From Solirubrobacteraceae bacterium (GTDB lineage Bacteria; Actinomycetota; Thermoleophilia; Solirubrobacterales; Solirubrobacteraceae): 39,178 bases of DNA. The notes under the pieces are model-generated. The model did not search any database. It saw nothing but the letters and a program-made list of their open reading frames with translations, and was not told the DNA's origin. Position numbers and translations under genes: made by a program. The stretch covers positions 1 to 39,178 of the forward strand of contig JAURVW010000746.1 of the NCBI GenBank assembly GCA_030655275.1, written 5' to 3'. This document shows, in pieces, positions 8,046 to 15,093 of the stretch. Position 1 is the stretch's first letter; the number at the start of each line of letters is the position of its first letter.

Positions 8046-9938
8046 GTGAAGATGCCGGCCGCCCCCCTCTCCTTCGCATCGGTCGCTCGCGTCGCCCGTG
8101 CCGGACTCCTGGCCCTCGCCTTCGCCGGCGCCGCGGTCTCCTCCGCGCAGGCCGAGACCATCGAGGCTCCGTCGGCAGCCAGCTTCCGCGACTCGATCGG
8201 CGTCGGCACGCACTTCGACTTCGGGGGCTACGCCTACCAGCAGGACTCGGTCGCGAACCTGCAGTCCGCGCTGCGCGGCCTCGGCATCCGCCACCTGCGC
8301 GACCACGGCTGCTTCAACACCGAGGCCATCTGCTCCGGCGTGCGCAGCCGGATCGCCGCGATGGGCGACACGTTCGGCGAGAACGGCCCGAAGGTGGGCG
8401 TCGATCTCATCGCCGCACCGCTCGCCGCCAAGCCGTCCGCCCGGGCCGACCGCGACGCCGAGATCCTGCGCACGCTGCGCGGCATCCGCGACAGCCCGGT
8501 CGCTGGCATGACCGAGGGCCTCGAGATGGTCAACGAGCCCGACCTGAGGGGCGGCGACTGGGCGGCCCAGGCCCTCGCCGACGCAAACACCATCAACCGC
8601 CTCCTCGCGACCCCGGAGTTCGCCGGGCTGCGCTCGATCCCGCGGCTCGCCCCCGCGATGGGCCGGCCGACCTCGAGCCCCGAGCTCGTGAACGCCGGTT
8701 GGACGAAGGGCCTCGCCGACATCGCCAACGCCCATCCGTATCCGATGCCGTACGACACGCCCGAGAGGACCGGCATCACGAACGCCTGCACCACCGGCCG
8801 CACGGTGATGGACTGCGCGACCGACCTCGCCGGTTCCAGCAAGACCATCGCGACGGAGGCCGGCTACTCGACGGCCGGCAACGTCTTCAAGGCCGACTGG
8901 GTCTCGCCCGAGGCCCAGGCCACCTACACGCTGCGGATGCTGCTCCACAACTTCGCGGCTGGCGTGCCGCGCACCTACCTTTACGAGCTGCTCAACCTCG
9001 AGGTACAGCAGCTCGCCCGCAACCACGGCTACGGCCTGCTGCAGGTCAAGGACACCCCGGCCGGCAAGGCGGTCGGTGCGCCCAAGCCCGTCTACCACGC
9101 GATCGCGAACCTCAACAAGCGCATCGGCGACCTCGGTGCTCCCGCGATGCCGGGCTCGATCGACCTGAGCCTCACCGACGCCTCCAGCGGCGCCGCGCTC
9201 CCCGCCTCGCAGATCGAGAAGGTCGTCCTGCGCCGCGCCGACGGCACGTACGTGCTCGCCGTCTGGCAGCCCGTGAAGGTGTGGCAGCACACCACGTCCG
9301 GCGGCAACTACTCCACCCGGGACCTCGCGGCGACGCCCAGGAACGTGACGGTCTCGCTCGACGCCTCACGCGGCACCTGGGACGTTCGTCGCTTCACCCC
9401 GGTCACCGTTCCGGCCGACGGCGACGACTTCCGCCAAGCCTACGCCGGCGTCGGCGCCGTCACGTTCGCCGTCGACGAGGACGTCACGCTGCTCGAGCTC
9501 ACCCCGCCGGACCCGCTCGTCGGGCCGACCGCCCCGTCCGGCAGCCTGCCGGGGTCGACGGTGCCGGAGAACGCGCTCCCGGGCACGACGATCGTGCAGC
9601 CAGTCACGCTTGCGCCGCTTCCGGCCGCCGACAGCGGGGCGGCCAACGCCCCGGCCGCCGTCACAACACCGCGTACCGACGCACCACGTCCCGCAGCGGC
9701 GTCTCGAACAGCAGCGCCAGCAAGCCTGCTTCCAGATCGTGACCGAGCTGCCGAAGCTCGAGAAAGAGCGAGTCGTCTCGGGCGTGCGCGTATTCGAGCG
9801 CGTCGAGCCTATGCCGCGTGTCTGGATCGGCGAGTCGCGACAGCACAGCGTCGTATGCGCGCAAGGAGCGCACGCCTTCATCCATCGCGTCCCACGAAAG
9901 AAATGCGTGCGCGATGCGGTCGGTTGCTGGCGCGCTGA
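8046..9938 (+). CDS. Secreted glycoside-hydrolase-like (clan GH-A TIM-barrel-like) protein
   Basis: The N-terminal signal peptide is ...LLALAFAGAAVSSAQAE. NEP (MVNEPDL) and TEAGYS resemble the acid/base and nucleophile strands of clan GH-A. The last ~92 aa are Arg-rich and encoded antisense to the next gene. The start could be GTG 8046 or ATG 8052. Confidence 0.6.
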   Translation: MKMPAAPLSFASVARVARAGLLALAFAGAAVSSAQAETIEAPSAASFRDSIGVGTHFDFGGYAYQQDSVANLQSALRGLGIRHLRDHGCFNTEAICSGVRSRIAAMGDTFGENGPKVGVDLIAAPLAAKPSARADRDAEILRTLRGIRDSPVAGMTEGLEMVNEPDLRGGDWAAQALADANTINRLLATPEFAGLRSIPRLAPAMGRPTSSPELVNAGWTKGLADIANAHPYPMPYDTPERTGITNACTTGRTVMDCATDLAGSSKTIATEAGYSTAGNVFKADWVSPEAQATYTLRMLLHNFAAGVPRTYLYELLNLEVQQLARNHGYGLLQVKDTPAGKAVGAPKPVYHAIANLNKRIGDLGAPAMPGSIDLSLTDASSGAALPASQIEKVVLRRADGTYVLAVWQPVKVWQHTTSGGNYSTRDLAATPRNVTVSLDASRGTWDVRRFTPVTVPADGDDFRQAYAGVGAVTFAVDEDVTLLELTPPDPLVGPTAPSGSLPGSTVPENALPGTTIVQPVTLAPLPAADSGAANAPAAVTTPRTDAPRPAAASRTAAPASLLPDRDRAAEARERASRLGRARIRARRAYAACLDRRVATAQRRMRARSARLHPSRPTKEMRARCGRLLAR

Positions 9939-10740
9939 ACTGGTCGAGCAGGTAGCCGGTCATCTCGTCGGCCGGCAGGTTGCGACAGGCGAGGATCGGC
10001 AGCAGCCCGCCCATGAAGAGCACCTTGCGGGCGGTGCGGAGTTTGACGTTGCGCACGGCCCACTTGCGGTCGTTCTGCTCGCGCCGCTTGCCCTCGAAGT
10101 CGACGGCGATCGTGCGCCAGTAGCGGATCAGGTCGTTGAGCAGGAACCGCGGCGGGCGGTAGTCGCGCGTGCGGCCGACGACGTACGTCTCGACGAGTCT
10201 CTCCAGCGCCGTGCGGTGGTGCTCGGGGCCCGTCGCGGCGACCGACTCCAGCAGCAGGAGCATCCGCCGGGTGAGGTTCTGGTTCGAGTCGTCCTCGAGG
10301 CCGATCCGGCCGGCGAGGCCCTCCACGTGCACGGCCGTCCCGAAGGTGCCCTGCGTGCCGGGCTCGGAGCCGTGGCGGCGCATGATCTCGTCGAGCGCGT
10401 GGAGATCCGGCGCGAGCGGGTCACCCTCGAAATCGCTGTCGAGGGCGAGCTGCCCGTAGGAGACGACCGTGTCGCCGTCGTGCGGCCGACGCTCCTCGGA
10501 GGCGTCGACGAGCAGCCAGTCCAGGTCGCTCACGCCGGTCACCTCGGCCCGGCCCCAGGAGCCGAGAAGCACGAGGCTGGTCTGGGCCGGCAGGCGCATC
10601 TCGCTGAGGTCGCGGCGCAGGTCGATGAGGCCTCGCTCGCTGCGGTCGCGGGCTTCCAGGAGCGCCGGAAAGCTCGTCGTGCTGCGGGTGGCCAGCTGCG
10701 CCAGCGCGCCCGCGGGCGCCGTGAGAGGGCCGTCCTCCAT
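9661..10740 (-). CDS. Pol-beta-superfamily nucleotidyltransferase domain protein with helical C-terminal domain
   Basis: LLGSWGRAEVTGVSDLDWLLV matches the GS-x(9-10)-DxD NTase signature (GlnD/DUF294-like). A helical C-terminal region follows (LIRYWRTIAVDFEGKRR...KLRTARKVL). Confidence 0.7.
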   Translation of the reverse strand: MEDGPLTAPAGALAQLATRSTTSFPALLEARDRSERGLIDLRRDLSEMRLPAQTSLVLLGSWGRAEVTGVSDLDWLLVDASEERRPHDGDTVVSYGQLALDSDFEGDPLAPDLHALDEIMRRHGSEPGTQGTFGTAVHVEGLAGRIGLEDDSNQNLTRRMLLLLESVAATGPEHHRTALERLVETYVVGRTRDYRPPRFLLNDLIRYWRTIAVDFEGKRREQNDRKWAVRNVKLRTARKVLFMGGLLPILACRNLPADEMTGYLLDQFSAPATDRIAHAFLSWDAMDEGVRSLRAYDAVLSRLADPDTRHRLDALEYAHARDDSLFLELRQLGHDLEAGLLALLFETPLRDVVRRYAVL

Positions 10741-10805
10741 GCCCGTGAGCCTGTCAAAGGGGCGCGGGCGGCGGTGGACCGGAGCCTGCAGCGATACTTC
10801 TCGGC

Positions 10806-11258
10806 GTGAAGCCGGTCCACCCGATCCGCCACCTGGTGCGGGCCCGCGACCTCGCCGACCTGCGGTACGCGACCGGGGTCGACGTCGAAGCGATGGCCGC
10901 CGCGGCCGGCCTCTCGAAGGCCCATTTCAGCCGCGAGTTCAAGCGGGCCTTCGGCGAGACCCCGCACCAGTACCTGCTCACGCGACGACTCGAGCGCGCG
11001 GCGGCGCTGCTGCGGTCGACCGACCGTTCGGTGGCGACGATCTGCCTTGACGTGGGTCTCACGAGTGTCGGCTCGTTCACGAGCAGTTTCACCAGGGCGT
11101 TCGGAAAGTCACCCATGGCCTATCGGGCCTCGTTCCCGCCTGGCTCGGCCGTGTGGCGGGTTCCGCCGTGCATGGTGCGGCAGGTCGCGCGGCCGGTCCC
11201 CATGAGGCCGGCCGTGGTCCCGGGGATGATCCCGGCGCCCAAGCCGCGCGGGGACTGA
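10806..11258 (+). CDS. AraC-family HTH transcriptional regulator (short)
   Basis: LSKAHFSREFKRAFGETPHQYLLTRRLERAAALL....ICLDVGLTSVGSFTSSFTRAFGKSP is a double-HTH AraC signature. GTG start. Confidence 0.8.
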   Translation: MKPVHPIRHLVRARDLADLRYATGVDVEAMAAAAGLSKAHFSREFKRAFGETPHQYLLTRRLERAAALLRSTDRSVATICLDVGLTSVGSFTSSFTRAFGKSPMAYRASFPPGSAVWRVPPCMVRQVARPVPMRPAVVPGMIPAPKPRGD

Positions 11259-11426
11259 GTCCGGCAAAGGCTGGCGACGCGCGACGCGCATGAGACCGCC
11301 TTGGACCGCCGGGCGCTCGGGTCGCGTGAGGACAGCAGGAATCGAGAAGACAGGGGCGCGGGGCCCGCGTACCTTCTGCCGCACGGCGTCTCGCCTTCTC
11401 TCCACCTCCCGAAAGGAACGTCCCCC

Positions 11427-11846
11427 ATGATGAAGCTCTCCACCGTCCAGGTCTGGGTCCACGACCAGCAGGAGGCCCTCGATTGGTGGACCGGCAAGCT
11501 CGGCTTCGAGGTGCGTCAGGACCTCACCGTCGCCGAGATGGACGACTTCCGCTGGCTCTCGGTCGGCCCGGTCGGCCAGCCCGACGTGGCCATCGTGCTC
11601 ATGGCGATCCCTGGCGGCCCGGTGTTCTCCGATGAGACGGTCGGCCAGATCGAGGCCCTGCTCGCCAAGGGCGCCTCCGGCGGCCTCTTCTTCACCACCG
11701 ACGACATCAACGCGCGATACGCAGAGCTCAAGGAGGCCGGCGTCGAGTTCACGCAGGAACTCACCCAGATGCCCTACGGCATCGACTGCGGCTTCCGCGA
11801 CCCCTCGGGCAACCACTACCGCCTGGCGCAGCTCGGCGCGGCCTAG
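11427..11846 (+). CDS. VOC (glyoxalase/bleomycin-resistance) family protein
   Basis: The start is MMKLSTVQVWVHDQQEALDWWTGKLGF, and the C-terminus has PYGIDCGFRDPSGNHYRL. GAAAGGAAC lies upstream of ATG 11427. The listed TTG 11301 start is rejected. Confidence 0.85.
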   Translation: MMKLSTVQVWVHDQQEALDWWTGKLGFEVRQDLTVAEMDDFRWLSVGPVGQPDVAIVLMAIPGGPVFSDETVGQIEALLAKGASGGLFFTTDDINARYAELKEAGVEFTQELTQMPYGIDCGFRDPSGNHYRLAQLGAA

Positions 11847-11920
11847 GCGAGCCGGCGGTCGAACGTCAGGATTCGCCCCTCAGCGGGGGCGACGATCGAC
11901 GTTCGGCCCGGTTCCGACGC

Positions 11921-12002
11921 GCACGACGGCAGGCCCGAGCGAGCCGCTAGGCGAGCGCCGTGCACGACGGCGGGCCCGAGCGAGCCGCTAGGCGAGCGGC
12001 GC
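11921..12002. repeat. 41-bp tandem duplication spanning the stop codon of the 11988..12689 gene
   Basis: GCACGACGGC(A/G)GGCCCGAGCGAGCCGCTAGGCGAGCG occurs at 11921-11957 and 11962-11998, with one mismatch in 37 nt. Confidence 0.7.
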
Positions 12003-12689
12003 TTCGAGGATCCAGGGCACGTCGCGGCAGCGCTCGAGGAGCGGGCGGATCCGCTCCTCGTCCTGGGCGTTGAGGGCGACGTGGTGATGGGCCGCGTCCA
12101 GCGCGGAGACGTGCAAATGCCGAAGGCGATCGCCGAAGCGGTCGAGGATCGCGTGGCCCTCGGCGAGGGTCGGGTCGATCGCGTAGGCGTGGGCGACGTC
12201 GAAGCAGAGCCCAGCTTCCGGGAGCTGCTCGAAGTGCGGGGCGAGCGAGTCGGCAGTGCGGCCGTCCTGTTTGCGCGGATCCATGTTCTCGATCACGAGC
12301 GCGCGGCCGAGCAGAGCCCAGGCGGCGTGGTCCTCGATCACGTCGGGGTGCAGCACGATCGCGTCGACCCGCTCGGACACCTGCGCCAACAAGGCGACGA
12401 GCTCGGGCTCGGGGAGCGCGCGGGCCTTGCTCGGCGCGTGCAGCGAAAGGAAGTCGAAGGGCAGCGACGGGCGCTGCACGAGCCACTCGATCAGCGCGGG
12501 AAGCTCGGGCTCCGAGAGCGCGGCGAGCTCGACGGCCCCTGCGAACTGCCGCTTCGCGCGGCCTGCAAGCACGGGCCACTCGGGCGCTTCGCCAGCGGCC
12601 CGCTGGTCAGCCGCCAGCCAGCCCGTCGAAGCACCGACGGGGTAGTGCGCCATCACGGGGCGCTCGCTGCTGAGGGACTGGAGGCTCAT
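11988..12689 (-). CDS. Sugar phosphate isomerase/epimerase-like (xylose-isomerase-like TIM barrel) protein
   Basis: The length and pattern fit this family: LHAP.., VIENM, CFDVAHA, HLHVS. The assignment is from general resemblance only. Confidence 0.6.
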   Translation of the reverse strand: MSLQSLSSERPVMAHYPVGASTGWLAADQRAAGEAPEWPVLAGRAKRQFAGAVELAALSEPELPALIEWLVQRPSLPFDFLSLHAPSKARALPEPELVALLAQVSERVDAIVLHPDVIEDHAAWALLGRALVIENMDPRKQDGRTADSLAPHFEQLPEAGLCFDVAHAYAIDPTLAEGHAILDRFGDRLRHLHVSALDAAHHHVALNAQDEERIRPLLERCRDVPWILEAPLA

Positions 12690-12805
12690 GCGGGGTGAGC
12701 GACCGTACCAACGCCGCGCGACGGCGTGCAGGGTTTCGTGCGCCGACCCCGACGGAATCCCGGAACGCGCAGAGAGTTCTTGCGCGTGCCGGGTCCGTCA
12801 GGCGG

Positions 12806-12997
12806 TCAGCCGTCCTCGCCGGCCGCCTCGAACTCCTCTTCGGGCACCTCGACGGCGTTGCCGCCGGCGTCGTCACCCTGCTGGGAATCGAGGCCCTCCG
12901 GGACGTCGTTGCCCTCGCTGGTTTCCGTGCCGCCGTCTGGCGTCTCGGACTCCGGAGCGGGGTCGTAGTCGTGGCGTTCTTCCTCTGGTGTCTCCAT
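12806..12997 (-). CDS. Highly acidic 63-aa hypothetical protein
   Basis: METPEEERHDYDPAPESETPDGG...EEEFEAAGEDG has 23 of 63 residues D/E. G/C3 bias is good. TAGCGT lies 7 nt upstream of ATG 12997. Confidence 0.5.
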   Translation of the reverse strand: METPEEERHDYDPAPESETPDGGTETSEGNDVPEGLDSQQGDDAGGNAVEVPEEEFEAAGEDG

Positions 12998-13004
12998 GGA
13001 GCCG

Positions 13005-13010
13005 ACGCTA
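13005..13010 (-). promoter_or_regulatory. -10-like hexamer TAGCGT (minus strand), 7 nt before ATG 12997
   Basis: The minus strand reads TAGCGT-CGGCTCC-ATG. It overlaps a plus-strand TACGGT at 13009-13014. Confidence 0.45.
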
Positions 13011-13553
13011 CGGTCGCGTTCGTTCCTGTCGGACCGCGCCGAAGGGCGTCCCTGGGCACCGCGGCGACCACGCTCGGCGTCAGGGCGACCGAGGCCGTCC
13101 AGCACGGGTTGTCGGATCCGAAACGGTTCGATACGGTCGTCGGGCTATGTCTCTGGCCTTGCCCAAAACCATGAATCGCTCCGAGCCCACGTGCTCGCGC
13201 GGCTTCGTGCGGCGAGACCCGAGCTGGCACCCCCTGCAGCAGCAGGCCTAGCCACCCCGGGCCTCTCGCGCCCGACTCCGCCCGTCGACACCGGCCGCTG
13301 CCCACCAGCGCTACCGAGGGTCGACCGAGCACCGTCCTCGCCGCTCGACGTCCGAGCTCGAACGGCACACCGCGCTCTGCGGCTCGCCCGATGAGCGCAG
13401 AGGCACCCAGACTCCGCGCCGTCGCTCGCCAGACGAGCGCCGGGGAGCACCGACCTTGGCCCGACACCGGCACCTGCCGGCCTGGGGCCCGTCCCGCCGC
13501 CGGGCGCCCCGATGCGTCCGCCGGCTCCAATCCAGAAGCAGAAACACGAACCC

Positions 13554-14885
13554 ATGAACGATGCCCTGAACGAAGCACACCTCACCATCCTCGGCGACCA
13601 CGAGCCGCGCACGATCGAGCAGCTCACGCGCTGCGCGGCGGCGGAGCCCGGCGCCCGCGGCGTGCTATGCGCCGACGGCCACGTCGGCTACAGCCAGCCG
13701 ATCGGCGGCGTCGTCGCCTACCGCGACCACATCTCGCCGTCCGGCGTCGGCTACGACATCGGCTGCGGCAACACCGCCGTGCGCCTCGACCTCAAGGCCG
13801 ACGCGCTGCGGGCCGACCTGCCGCGCGTGATGGACGAGATCGTCGAGCGCATCTCGTTCGGCGTCGGGCGCTCCAACGGGCAGCCGGTCGACCACGACGT
13901 GATCGAGGCCATCTCCGACGCCGACTTCGCGCCCCAGCGCAAGCTGGTGCAGAAGGCGGCGGCGCAGCTGGGCACGGTCGGCGCGGGCAACCACTACGTC
14001 GACCTCTTCAGCGATGAGTCCGGCGACGTGTGGATCGGCGTGCACTTCGGCTCGCGAGGCTTCGGTCACGCCACGGCCAGCGGGTTCCTCTCGCTGATCG
14101 ACGGCGGCGGGTTCGACGAGCGCGGCAAGGACGGCGAGATGGACTCGCCGCCGAAGCTGCTCGCGATCGACTCCGACCTGGGCCAGGCATACATCAGCGC
14201 GATGACCCTCGCGGGCGACTACGCCCGTGCCGGTCGCGGCGTGGTCGTCGACGAGGTGCGCTCGATCCTGGGGGCCGAGGAGGTCGACCGGGTCGAGAAC
14301 CACCACAACTACGCGTGGCGTGAGGAGCACGGCGGCGACGCCTACTGGGTGGTGCGCAAGGGCGCGACGCCGGCCTTCCCGGGTCAGCGTGGGTTCGTGG
14401 GCGCGACCATGGGCGAGGACGCCGTGATCCTGGAGGGCATCGAGGGCGACGCGGCCGCGGCTGCGCTGCACTCGACGGTCCACGGGGCCGGGCGCCTGAT
14501 GTCGCGCACGAAGGCGGCCGGCAAGACCCGTTGGGTTCCGAGCTGCACCATGCGCGACTGCGGGTTCTGGATGACCGGGCAGGAGGCCGCGGAGATCCGT
14601 GACCGCGGAGGCCGTCCCGAGTGCCCGCACCACCCGGGGCGTGGACTCAAGAAGGGGCCGGTCCTCGTGAGCCGTGGAGCCATCGACTACACCGCCGTGC
14701 GCAAGGAGCTCGCGGCGGCGGGGATCGAGCTACGCGGCGGCGCGGCCGACGAGGCACCGCTGGCCTACAAGCGCCTCGACGAGATGCTCGGGCACCACGC
14801 GGACTCCGTCCGGATCCTGCACCGCCTCACGCCGATGGGCGTGGCGATGGCCGGAGCCGACGTCAAGGACCCGTACAAGGACTAG
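13554..14885 (+). CDS. rtcB: RNA-splicing ligase RtcB
   Basis: RtcB signatures are present: CADGHVGYS, GVGYDIGCGN, GAGNHYVDLF, HFGSRGFGH, NHHNYAW, HGAGR. The start is ambiguous (ATG 13554 preferred, ATG 13512 possible). Confidence 0.9.
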   Translation: MNDALNEAHLTILGDHEPRTIEQLTRCAAAEPGARGVLCADGHVGYSQPIGGVVAYRDHISPSGVGYDIGCGNTAVRLDLKADALRADLPRVMDEIVERISFGVGRSNGQPVDHDVIEAISDADFAPQRKLVQKAAAQLGTVGAGNHYVDLFSDESGDVWIGVHFGSRGFGHATASGFLSLIDGGGFDERGKDGEMDSPPKLLAIDSDLGQAYISAMTLAGDYARAGRGVVVDEVRSILGAEEVDRVENHHNYAWREEHGGDAYWVVRKGATPAFPGQRGFVGATMGEDAVILEGIEGDAAAAALHSTVHGAGRLMSRTKAAGKTRWVPSCTMRDCGFWMTGQEAAEIRDRGGRPECPHHPGRGLKKGPVLVSRGAIDYTAVRKELAAAGIELRGGAADEAPLAYKRLDEMLGHHADSVRILHRLTPMGVAMAGADVKDPYKD

Positions 14886-14897
14886 GTCCCGCGATAC

Positions 14898-14946
14898 GAG
14901 GCCGGGGAGAAGAGCGCCCAAAGAGGGCCGAAATCTCCCCGGCCTC
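14898..14946 (+). terminator. Stem-loop after rtcB
   Basis: GAGGCCGGGGAGA / TCTCCCCGGCCTC is a 13-bp perfect inverted repeat. Its 23-nt interior itself contains a GCCC/GGGC pairing. Confidence 0.45.
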
Positions 14947-15080
14947 TCTCGCGTCGATCGGCCAGGTGGCGTCAGCGAGGGCATCCGGGCCCACCGAGCC
15001 GCCGCGAGGTCTTGCTGCACGGGAGCGACCTCGGCACGTGTGCGCGGCCCCGGTCTGGCGGCGCCCGCGCCGCACCCAGC

Positions 15081-15086
15081 TAGCGT
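15081..15086 (+). promoter_or_regulatory. -10-like hexamer TAGCGT, 7 nt before sppA ATG
   Basis: TAGCGT-GGGGCGC-ATG. Confidence 0.5.
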
Positions 15087-15093
15087 GGGGCGC

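Noticed and set aside
6662-9742. Very long + strand ORF (1026 aa) spanning the J-domain gene and the hydrolase gene
   Set aside because: The translation is Arg/Gly/Pro/Ala-rich low complexity with no motifs. It runs antisense to or out of frame with two ORFs that have clear protein signatures. This is a typical high-GC shadow ORF.
13121-13140. GGTTCGATA resembling a tRNA T-loop (possible tRNA or tRNA-like element upstream of rtcB)
   Set aside because: The flanking bases do not form a T-stem, and no acceptor, D or anticodon arms could be built. I found no tRNA anywhere in the window.
13147-13254. 35-aa ORF (MSLALPKTMNRSEPTCSRGFVRRDPSWHPLQQQA) downstream of a TACGGT box
   Set aside because: The offset to the box is 9-10 nt rather than 6-7. 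Composition is unremarkable, and there is no paralogue or other support.
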